A DNA stretch of 64,000 bases from Nitrososphaerota archaeon (GCA_041641305.1 JBEPYN010000001.1:512001-576000), one strand, 5' to 3'. Shown: positions 1 through 8,009, counted from the stretch's first letter. Numbers and translations are program-made. Notes: generated by a model from the sequence alone, not told the origin.

Positions 1-180
1 GCGCGTTGTGTGCATTAGCGGCCCAAACACCCGCCTCCAAAGCCTTTAAAACAACCTCGAAAGGAATCTCACCAACACCAAGGTTCTTCGAGCTCCGCCT
101 ACTCTTTATCATCGTGAGAAAATCCATCAAACAAGCAAACAGCAAAACCCTATTTATGTTAGCCGCTGAAATAAAACTGG

Positions 181-1245
181 ATGGTCGAGCTCTGGCTACG
201 CTATGGGCGGACAATGGTCTTCACAGACCTCGAGGACAACTTCGAGGTCCTACAGTCAGCGAAACAATGGAACGAACCTGAGAAACTGTCGGAGAATATT
301 GCGCCACTCATTTCTCCAGAAACACGAGCCATTATCATCGATTATGTGCATGGCTTGACAGGATTTGATAAAGTGGTTGAAACGGTTCTCGATGTGGTCA
401 GAAAAGCCGGGGCTGACTTGGATAGTTTGGAAGTATTTGCCTCGGGGTGGAGGTATTGCGACGAAAACATTGAGAGAGTATTAGTGAACATAGTGAAAAC
501 AATTGTTTCCGAACACGGTGTCGGGAAAATTTCGCCACTCACGTCCTATGATCCGGACAAGTATCCCGAAGCTGTCGTCATCTCTCCAGCCGTTTACTGG
601 AATGGCGAGGCTTTAACTCATGGAGATTTTCTCGAAGCTGTTGGGCTTGACGGTTTCAGCTGCTTCGTTGCGCCGGTTGTGGGTAGAGGTGGGGTGGTGT
701 CTGAGGTCTATTCAGGCGACGATGTTCTAGACTCTGTTGTCAGGGATGCGGCGATGAAGTTATCTGTGTACACACCTTCTAAAGAGCCGCAGGTTGTGGT
801 AGTTGGAGGCCCCGGCCACCCAGTTGACTCGAGGTTTCAAACATGTGTAAATATTGCCAGCGCTGGACTGGAGCTCTCTGAGAACAAGGTCCTTGTTTTT
901 GCGCTGGAATGCTCCGAGGGACTTGGAGGAAACGAGTTCATCAACACTCTTCTAAACAAGTCTCAGCCAAACAATCGTTGTTTGGCAAAGGACATCGAGT
1001 CGTGGCGTGTGGTTGCGGCCCGCCAAAAAATATGTCTCGTCACCGCTCTCCCTTCATCGCTTGTAAGCCATCTACTCGCCGCGAGACAGTTTGATACGCT
1101 GGACCAGGCCATGACCTATGCTAGGCGGCTCAAATCAAGGGAGGCCCATGTCCTTTTTGTGGAGAACGGTGTAGGGACGCGGATTTTAGAATATGCGGCT
1201 GAGAGGGACGAAGCTAAGGACAAACATGGCGGCAACGCCGAATAG
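181..1245 (+). CDS. LarA (lactate racemase)/DUF2088-like protein, divergent
   Basis: 354 aa ORF; N-terminal LxYG, GGPGHPVD and LECSEGLGG segments resemble the LarA family. Confidence 0.5.
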   Translation: MVELWLRYGRTMVFTDLEDNFEVLQSAKQWNEPEKLSENIAPLISPETRAIIIDYVHGLTGFDKVVETVLDVVRKAGADLDSLEVFASGWRYCDENIERVLVNIVKTIVSEHGVGKISPLTSYDPDKYPEAVVISPAVYWNGEALTHGDFLEAVGLDGFSCFVAPVVGRGGVVSEVYSGDDVLDSVVRDAAMKLSVYTPSKEPQVVVVGGPGHPVDSRFQTCVNIASAGLELSENKVLVFALECSEGLGGNEFINTLLNKSQPNNRCLAKDIESWRVVAARQKICLVTALPSSLVSHLLAARQFDTLDQAMTYARRLKSREAHVLFVENGVGTRILEYAAERDEAKDKHGGNAE

Positions 1246-2280
1246 CGATATTTTTCTCCAGAATGAGAGTGGGGAAACCTCATCCAGCGGTATGATGTCA
1301 ACGCTACGCCCCATCATCAGAATAAGCAGAAGAGCCATGAAATAATAGCCTGCGAAAACCAGAACAGCCAGCGCAACGTAAGATGCTATTAGGTGTTGTC
1401 TACGTGTGAGGAAGCTTCTAAATATTCTGCCGCCGTCGAGCTGCCAAATCGGCATAAGGTTCAAAGCAGTCACCACCATTCCGAGCCAAGCTGCAAATCC
1501 GACGGTCATGAAAAACGGGACATAGCCGGGTCTCTCATAAAACATCCCAATCAGGTAAAAGATCAGAGGTGGTTGCACGAAGGCGCCTTGACCAGCGATA
1601 GCTTCCAAAATTTGTTCATAACGGTTCTCAGGCACCCAGACGGCAGTCTCAAAAGCGAGGAAAGTAACCAAAACGGCCACAACAAAACCAGCAACAGGAC
1701 CACTAACACCCAAGTCAAACATATCGTCCCTGTTAGCCAGCGGCTCCTTCTGGAATATAACAGCCCCAAGAGTTGGTAAAATGCCGGGCAACCCCGGAAT
1801 AAAGTAGGGAAGGCTTGCGGCGACGCCGTCTATTTTGGCGGAAATCTTGTGACCCATTTCGTGGATAAAAATTATACCAAGCAACGCTAATGAAAAAAGC
1901 ACTCCGTTGGTGATGATGGAGTTTAGTCCAAACCCTTGGGAAATGATGCTGAAGATTGGGCTGCTTGACCTGAGGATGCCGTCCACGGTTACTGTTCCCA
2001 CGGTTGCGGCGGCGAGGACTAATGGTATCTTGACATCGTTTTTAGCCGGCCTGCTGTACGGAAAAACTCGCAACTTGATAACAGATTGTTCACGGCGTGC
2101 AGAGGCGAGAAAACCCATTTTCTTGAGCTCAGCCAAACAACTTTTGAACGCGGCCTTGATGTCGTTGTCGAGAACCTCAAACGTCAACACACCAGCCTCA
2201 AAATATGTGTTAGCCACGTTGAAGTGCCGCTCCACGGTCAGCTTCAACGAGTCGATGACGCCGTCGTAGACAAAACTCAT
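1186..2280 (-). CDS. Site-2 protease (M50) intramembrane metalloprotease
   Basis: HEMGH, GVSGPVAG and NLMPIWQLDGGR motifs; multiple TM segments. Confidence 0.9.
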   Translation of the reverse strand: MSFVYDGVIDSLKLTVERHFNVANTYFEAGVLTFEVLDNDIKAAFKSCLAELKKMGFLASARREQSVIKLRVFPYSRPAKNDVKIPLVLAAATVGTVTVDGILRSSSPIFSIISQGFGLNSIITNGVLFSLALLGIIFIHEMGHKISAKIDGVAASLPYFIPGLPGILPTLGAVIFQKEPLANRDDMFDLGVSGPVAGFVVAVLVTFLAFETAVWVPENRYEQILEAIAGQGAFVQPPLIFYLIGMFYERPGYVPFFMTVGFAAWLGMVVTALNLMPIWQLDGGRIFRSFLTRRQHLIASYVALAVLVFAGYYFMALLLILMMGRSVDIIPLDEVSPLSFWRKISLFGVAAMFVLSFVPLSRIF

Positions 2281-2550
2281 GAACAGATGACATGTAACAA
2301 TCCAATCTAAAAAGGTTACCGAGACATCGCTGATTGGTTAATGCGCTGACAAAGGGATAACATCCGCAACGAGGGATGCAAACTTGTCGGAGAATGTTAC
2401 CTAGCTGTATTGGCCGGGATATTGAGACTGGGTGGGCACCTCCATGCATTCAACCCTATTTAGGTCTAGAGACGTATCTCGTTGTATAAGCATATGTGCC
2501 TATTCTGCATGACACGAATCAGATTGCATAGCTCTCTATGATAAGAACCG

Positions 2551-2626
2551 TGGGGCCGGTGGGATTTGAACCCACGACCTCGCGGGCCCAAGCCGCGCAT
2601 CTTAGACCAAGCTGGACCACGGCCCC
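2551..2626 (-). tRNA. tRNA-Pro(TGG)
   Basis: Reverse complement GGGGCCG...CGCGG-CTTGGGC-CCGCG...GTGGG-TTCAAAT-CCCAC-CGGCCCCA folds as a cloverleaf. Confidence 0.95.
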
Positions 2627-2667
2627 TTGAGAAAAAGGCTCCATAACCCGAATAAATACCAGCCGTT

Positions 2668-3357
2668 TTAGGGCAGGAGTTCTATGCCGTGTAAGCCGAT
2701 GACGTATTCGCTCCATTCAGTTGGATGCCGCACTCCGCGTAGAAAACGTATTCGGAGAAAACGCCGCAGGTTGCCGCCCATCTCCTCCATCATCATCTCC
2801 ACGACGCCGTCCGAGAGGCTGTAGAGGAGATTGGTGAGTTTCTGCTCGAGAATGTCTGGAACAATAATTGCGACACAGGTGCCGCCGTTCCTTCTCACGT
2901 CTGATGCGACGGCCTGGTAGAACTTGAAGGCGTTCTCCGAAGGAATGTATGCGAGAAGCGTGCTCAGGTCATCGATGACGAGAAAATAGTTGGACGAGTA
3001 GTCGGCTGCTTCGAGGAAGGTCTGCCGTATCTCAAGCAGGCTCGCCTCGGGGCTTATGCTGTAACGTGCTGGATACGCGTTTTCTCCCCGGGTGTGACAG
3101 TCAACGATAACAAGTTTACCTGTCTCGAGGTGGTTGTCAAAATCGACGCCGATGGATTTGGCGAGTTCGATGAAGTTTTGGGGAGACATGGTTGTGAGGA
3201 CGTATACCGTTTTCCTATCCTTGGACAACGCGGTTTCAACGGCTTGTATCGATAGGAGGGTTTTTCCGACGCCGTTGGGGCCCGTGAAGATTATCGACCC
3301 TGTTTTGCCGAGAATTGTCTCAATTATCCACTCGACGCTTACCTGCATCTCCCCCAC
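2668..3357 (-). CDS. KaiC/RAD55-like RecA-superfamily ATPase
   Basis: Walker A GPNGVGKT, LVIDDLS, SLSDGVVE and RRFLRI motifs; start may be 3348. Confidence 0.8.
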   Translation of the reverse strand: MGEMQVSVEWIIETILGKTGSIIFTGPNGVGKTLLSIQAVETALSKDRKTVYVLTTMSPQNFIELAKSIGVDFDNHLETGKLVIVDCHTRGENAYPARYSISPEASLLEIRQTFLEAADYSSNYFLVIDDLSTLLAYIPSENAFKFYQAVASDVRRNGGTCVAIIVPDILEQKLTNLLYSLSDGVVEMMMEEMGGNLRRFLRIRFLRGVRHPTEWSEYVIGLHGIELLP

Positions 3358-3618
3358 CCCTCTTAACAGGCTCAGTCAGAGAAACTCTCCGCCAGTCGCG
3401 TAGAAGAGCCCAGAAAGCGGCCGTCAAGAAAATGAAGAAGACGAGGCCTGACACGATGTCTATGCCCTGCGGTATCCCCGTTAGACGGCCGCTTAGCTGC
3501 AGCAGGACTAACCCCCTCCCCGCAACCGACACCGCCGCGGCGACTATTATAACTTGTGGCCTAATTTGCTCGACTCTATGCCCTATTCTCCCGCCGCTCG
3601 CTCTCCTCCAGTAGGACT
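3320..3618 (-). pseudogene. Small membrane protein, apparently 5'-truncated at the island boundary
   Basis: The 3320..3532 frame stays open upstream (VLLEESERRRIGHRVEQIRPQVIIVAAAV) to about 3618 without a good start; two hydrophobic segments. Confidence 0.4.
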
Positions 3619-3630
3619 TAGAGGGGTGAG

Positions 3631-3731
3631 AGTGAAGGTAGGTCGTAAGCCTTACTGTTCATATGCAACCAACATTGAGACCTGAGAAGCGCCGAGACAA
3701 AGCCGTAGAAAGGCCTCGAAAACCGGAAAAG
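3631..3731. repeat. Dispersed ~100-bp non-coding repeat, copy 1 (copy 2 at 61550-61652)
   Basis: Colinear by-eye alignment AAGGTAGGYCGTAAG...GCAACCA...AGACAAAGCC..AGAAA. Confidence 0.7.
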
Positions 3732-3873
3732 TAAGAGAAGAAAAGGCATCTTTTAAGAGATTATCCTATCCTTACCAGCCTCTAATATACTCTCTTTATG
3801 CAACCAGTAAAGAAGTGAACATCAGGAAGAGTCATAAGGCATAAATAATTAAGGAAAAAATGAGGGGATGGTT

Positions 3874-4026
3874 GGCTGGCAGGCACCCAACCAACAACAT
3901 CTAGGAAACCCAAAAAGAAGCCGGCCGTTTAAGAGTTTAGCGAGGCGTAGACATCGCCCGTTTAATAGTCGGGCGTACCGGCTTCTGGGTTTTATCCTTG
4001 TTGTTGGGCCGGTACGCCTGCCAGCC
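3874..4026 (-). ncRNA. Putative guide (bridge-RNA/tigRNA-like) hairpin RNA overlapping the 3' end of the IS110-like gene
   Basis: Nested stems GGCTGGCAGGC/GCCTGCCAGCC, CCAACAACA/TGTTGTTGG, AAACCCA/TGGGTTT and GAAGCCGGT/GCCGGCTTC enclose an 18+18-nt internal loop capped by GGCG-ATGTCTA-CGCC. Confidence 0.55.
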
Positions 4027-4834
4027 TCTCCTGGGTTTCCCGTCTGATTGTCAGCCAGATTGTTTTTAGTAGTTCTTGTTGTTGTTTTCCTCGAGGTATC
4101 CCATGTAGGACCATTGTTAGCCTTGTCAGGGCCTGTCTGACACCATGGTTGTATCTCTTCTCCCGTCTATTGCCATGGAGTTTTAGATAGTTTCTCACCT
4201 TTGTGAAGGATTTGCTGAAGTCTATAAATGTCAAGAGCTCCGCCAAAGCCTCCCTAGACGTCAAATGATTGTCACCAGATAATCCAAGTTCTTCTACAAG
4301 CCTGTTGTAGACTGGGTATCTTATGCCAGCCTCCTCCGAAATAATTTCTGCCAGCTCTCTCATTCTCTCCTCGTTGAACCTTATCACCGTCCTCAGTATT
4401 CTTCTCTCCATCTCCGAGACTGCCTTAGACATGTTGAGTAGTCTTTGATGAGTTTTTAGGAGGCTTCGGAAAGCGGCTATCATCCTCCTCATTATGAGGA
4501 AGTCTTCATCAACTCTGCGGAACCACTTCTCTTCAATAGCCATCAGAGCCTTGATGTCAGCTCTCGCGGACTTGGATTTTATGTTCAGCCTCTGCCTCAC
4601 CACCTCAATCATCGATAATCTCCGAAGATAGTAGACCTCTGCGCCTCTCCTCAGAAGCATTATGAAACCATCTGTGTGGATTATTGGGATGGTGTCGACG
4701 AATACCTTGTCTCCCGGGCCTGCCGGTATATCCACCGGAGAATCAACATGCCTAAAGTTTTCACCGTCCGTAGTGTAGGTTACCCGGTATCCGGTGTCAT
4801 CCCTCTTCCTGTGAACATCGCAGTAGAACCTCAT
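3992..4834 (-). CDS. Compact IS110-family-derived protein (RuvC-like N-terminus, coiled coil, truncated Tnp/Nop-like domain; TasR-like)
   Basis: FYCDVH resembles GIDV; KSARADIKAL resembles KTDxxDA; ALAELLTFIDFSKSFTKVRNYLKL resembles LAEIGDxxRFxxxxxLxxYxGL; only 280 aa. Confidence 0.6.
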   Translation of the reverse strand: MRFYCDVHRKRDDTGYRVTYTTDGENFRHVDSPVDIPAGPGDKVFVDTIPIIHTDGFIMLLRRGAEVYYLRRLSMIEVVRQRLNIKSKSARADIKALMAIEEKWFRRVDEDFLIMRRMIAAFRSLLKTHQRLLNMSKAVSEMERRILRTVIRFNEERMRELAEIISEEAGIRYPVYNRLVEELGLSGDNHLTSREALAELLTFIDFSKSFTKVRNYLKLHGNRREKRYNHGVRQALTRLTMVLHGIPRGKQQQELLKTIWLTIRRETQERLAGVPAQQQG

Positions 4835-5209
4835 CTACACCACCTTCCTTAGGACTATGGCGTATTCGTGGTAGAGGTCGTGGTTATGACCCTTGACTGT
4901 ATGGTATTTGGCGAAGTGGCCGTTTGAAAGCCTGAACTTCAAGGCCTCGACATGCCGGAGACCAACGTATTCTGCGAGCTCCTTGGTAAGCTCTACGAGG
5001 TTCTTACCTCGTCTGCATCTGTCGCAATTCCTCATCCTGCTTCCGCAGTGGTCGCAGTATGTAGAGAGCCATCTCTGCAGCAAGTATTCTCCGTAGAATC
5101 CGCCTAGGATGCCCACAACCATCAGAAGAACACCCTCGAACAAACGCCCCTCATTGACCAACTGAATCCCGTAGACAAGAGCTATCGCAACCAGCGCAGG
5201 CATCAGCAT
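4835..5209 (-). CDS. Small membrane protein with CxxC-x5-CxxC zinc finger
   Basis: Likely ATG at 5209 after GAGGGTG; two TM helices, then CDHC..CDRC; its TAG stop abuts the ATG of the IS110-like gene. Confidence 0.6.
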   Translation of the reverse strand: MLMPALVAIALVYGIQLVNEGRLFEGVLLMVVGILGGFYGEYLLQRWLSTYCDHCGSRMRNCDRCRRGKNLVELTKELAEYVGLRHVEALKFRLSNGHFAKYHTVKGHNHDLYHEYAIVLRKVV

Positions 5210-6822
5210 ACTGCTGGACACCCTCTGCACCCCCACACCATTCCTCCGCGGCCGATGGGCAGTGTTTCCACGGATGGGTCGGACCCGCCCATCCGCAGAG
5301 TCCCTGGCCATCCAGACGACCTTACCCCCGGGAACCAGGGGTTTTGGAGGGCTTGGAGACACATATTCCCTCCCCATGAATGGGGGAGGCGGCCTATGAC
5401 AGCCGAGAAAATCTCCAAACCCTCTCAAAGCCGTCTGGAGAATGGTGTGGAGAACGTTAACAGAACATCGTAACCATCTGTCCCCGCCCACGGATTTGGA
5501 GCCGCTCCCACCAAGCGCCTCCATGACGCCATGATAGGGAGAACCCGTGGAGGAGACACCATGCCTCCCCCATGGAAAAACAGGCTCCAAGAATTCCCAG
5601 GCGGAGTATCTGAACAAACGTCTGACTATCTTCTGCCGGTCGCCTGTCCTGTCCACGGTGTCTAGGGGGCTGTGTAGTCATGCGTAGCACGGCCTACACA
5701 CCCCGCCATGCCAACCATGCGTAGCACGAGAAGGCATGCTTTGTCGAGACACCTGGACAGGCTTCAGCCGCATCGGCTCCGCCCCGGCTCCGTCATGCGT
5801 AGCACGGCCGAAGCCTTTCCCATCCCATGCATCCCGGAGAAGCCTGTCATGCGTAGCACGGCCAGGCAACTCCACAGAGACACCCGTCATGCATGGCACG
5901 GCCGGGTATCTGGGGCGGCAGATGCATGGGCTGGAGCGGAGCCGGAAGCCAGCCAACCACCCCCGCCACCCCACAAACAATTGAATGGGGTGGACGCCAT
6001 CTCTCAGGCGTATATGGGAAAAAACAAGGAGTGTTTGGATGGCTGGAGTTGTTCAGCTATGTTTGAATTAAAATTCTCCCGTTATGGGCTCAGGATGGCG
6101 GGGAGAGTCAGCCAACCTTCCCCCTCTATCCGGGCTTGTAGCCGTTTCTTCGACCCCTTTCCCCTGCTGCGGCTTGGGGATTTCCTTTGCGAGGGGTCTT
6201 TGGGCGAACGGCGGTCAGCCCGGCGCGGACGCCCAGCAAAACATGGAGAAGAGAAGGGTTCTAACGGGTTAGAATCATGTTATTGCCCCAGCCTATTCCA
6301 CCCCCTTGGATGAACCGTCCAGCACCCGTCTTTCCCCGGAGCGGTCTAGTGCCCAGGGCTTGGATAAATCATCCATGCACCGGAGCGTCCCCGAGCCTCA
6401 CCGGACCATGCCCTTAGCGGGCAAGCCATCAACCCGGAGAACCCTAGACCATATCCGGAGAGGCGGCAGCTCATCCAAGGGAGCAGCCCATCATCCCGCG
6501 GAGACGCTCAGGCAAAGCCTATAAGGAGGACTCTACTCCTCCCTATGGGCATCCCTGCCACGCCTCTGTGGTTCGGGGGGAACTCTGGGCGGCTGGGGTG
6601 CCCTCTCCACTCCATGTCCGCAGCGCTCCTATGCTTGCCGGCTTCGACGACCTGCGTGAATGTCGGGGGACTTTGGGGACAGGTTTGCCGGCACCCATCC
6701 CCTCGCCGCAGCCTTTTCAGGCTGTGGACCGGTTCCGCATCCGGCTCCCCAGCTCAGCCCCGTCGCCGGGGCTTCATGGGAAGCTCACGCAAGCCAGCCA
6801 ACCCCTTGGAGAGGCTGGTCTA
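5210..6822 (-). ncRNA. Putative large structured ncRNA or ssDNA structural region
   Basis: No credible ORF; many perfect stems, including 11-bp long-range pairings 5233-5243/5440-5450 and 6303-6313/6471-6481; lies downstream of a TATA at about 6847-6853. Confidence 0.45.
5671..5910 (-). repeat. Array of five hairpins with conserved apex (GGCCGTGCTACGCATGAC) and variable complementary flanks
   Basis: Cores at 5677-5694, 5716-5728 (partial), 5792-5809, 5846-5863 and 5886-5903 (variant). Confidence 0.85.
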
Positions 6823-6842
6823 ACATCATTTCCCCAACCTCC

Positions 6843-7051
6843 CCCATATAAAGTTTTGGTGGCAAACCTGAACGAGATTTGAACGAGAGTTGAACGAGAA
6901 ATGTACGACGGCGGCTAATATTGTTCAACGCCTCTCTGGTGAGCCAAAAATCCGGCGAATCAGGCTGACCATAATTGTTCAATCTCGTACAAATCTCGTT
7001 CAGTTCTCGTTCATTTCTCGTTCAAGTTTGCCACCAAAAGTTTATCTAGGG
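6843..7051. promoter_or_regulatory. Palindromic divergent promoter pair with 11-bp iterated TGAACGAGA sites (or plasmid-type origin)
   Basis: ~60-bp inverted arms, each with 3x TGAACGAGA(NN) plus TGTACGA, ending outward in GCCACCAAAA-(C/G)TTTAT (BRE-TATA-like). Confidence 0.7.
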
Positions 7052-7448
7052 TTCCTTACGTCTCAGACTAACCTATTTAAAGGTATATGGTTGAAAACCG
7101 CGGACAAGCAACCCCAATTCCAGGAAATTTCGGGGTTCTGGAGAGACCTAAAATTTCCTGTAAACGCTGTTTTTCAGCCAAGTGTCTATCGGTTGACAAA
7201 TTATAGTCAACCCCCTTCCGTAGAAGGGTGAAATTTCGGGGAATTAGGCGCGGTAATACGGTGACCAAAATTACTTGGCTATGGTAATGCCTCTTGTCTC
7301 TATGGCTTGTAGAGGCGATTTTTCAGCTTTCTGGGACGGGTTTTTGAGATTTTTTGTGGGCTGCTCGTCGTTTGTCGATTCTGAGGAGACGATATGTGGA
7401 GGCTCGTGGTTTATCCGTCTATATGCTTGCCGCCGTATCTGCTTCTAT

Positions 7449-8009
7449 GTGAAGAATAGGAAACAGGGTAGAGGGCGGTACATTGTTCTCGTCCCAGCGG
7501 TGTTGCTGATGGTTTTCACAATATACCTTATGCTGACCCCTCCTCAGACAACGGACTCAGTTAATGTGACGAACAGAGCCACAGCACCAGACTTCACGCT
7601 CGAAACAATAGACGGCAAAGGGTTGACAGGCGGAACACTATCCTTCTCAAGCCTGCGGGGAAAACCCATACTCATAGACTTCGTATTCGAATGGTGTCCA
7701 CACTGCAACAACATGGCGCCTATCATGGAGAGGCTCCACAAAGAGTATGGAGACAGGGTAACATTTGTCACGGTCATGGGCTCTCAGAACACCAATCCCG
7801 AGAAGTCTGCAGAGTTCCTAGCTAGACATGGCGTAAAATGGGCGGCGGTATACGACAAAACGATGAAGACATTCATTGACTACGGTGTGAGGGGGACGCC
7901 TACATACGTATTCATACGACCAGACGGGACAATACTACGCAAATTACCGGGAGAACCGCCATACGAGACACTCAAGCTCTCCGTAGAGGAGCTATTAACA
8001 GGGCTCTAA
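7449..8009 (+). CDS. TlpA/ResA-like membrane-anchored thiol-disulfide oxidoreductase
   Basis: TM anchor, APDFTL, WCPHC, YGVRGTPT; likely GTG start at 7449. Confidence 0.9.
   Translation: MKNRKQGRGRYIVLVPAVLLMVFTIYLMLTPPQTTDSVNVTNRATAPDFTLETIDGKGLTGGTLSFSSLRGKPILIDFVFEWCPHCNNMAPIMERLHKEYGDRVTFVTVMGSQNTNPEKSAEFLARHGVKWAAVYDKTMKTFIDYGVRGTPTYVFIRPDGTILRKLPGEPPYETLKLSVEELLTGL

Noticed and set aside
2300-2626. tRNA-Pro(TGG) as the integration site of the island
   Set aside because: Its 3' end points away from the island, and I saw no duplicated 3' fragment or integrase; similarity to 44980-45055 is just a second tRNA-Pro.
5671-5910. CRISPR array interpretation of the 18-bp repeats
   Set aside because: Repeats are too short, spacing is irregular (37-78 nt), flanks are self-complementary, and there are no cas genes in the window.
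5210-6882. ORF-track proteins here (5678..5980 with GRATHD repeats, 5708..6313, 6568..6882, and the N-terminal extension of 4835..5656)
   Set aside because: Arg/Pro/Gly/Ser-rich compositions typical of GC-rich non-coding DNA; only some of the repeats stay in frame.
6843-7051. Chromosomal oriC
   Set aside because: No ORB/mini-ORB consensus (TCCA..GAAAC plus G-string) and no adjacent orc1/cdc6.
7275-7448. N-terminal extension of the TlpA ORF, and a 10-bp match (GGTAATGCCT) to the dispersed repeat
   Set aside because: The extension does not look like protein and the real start is likely 7449; the match is too short.
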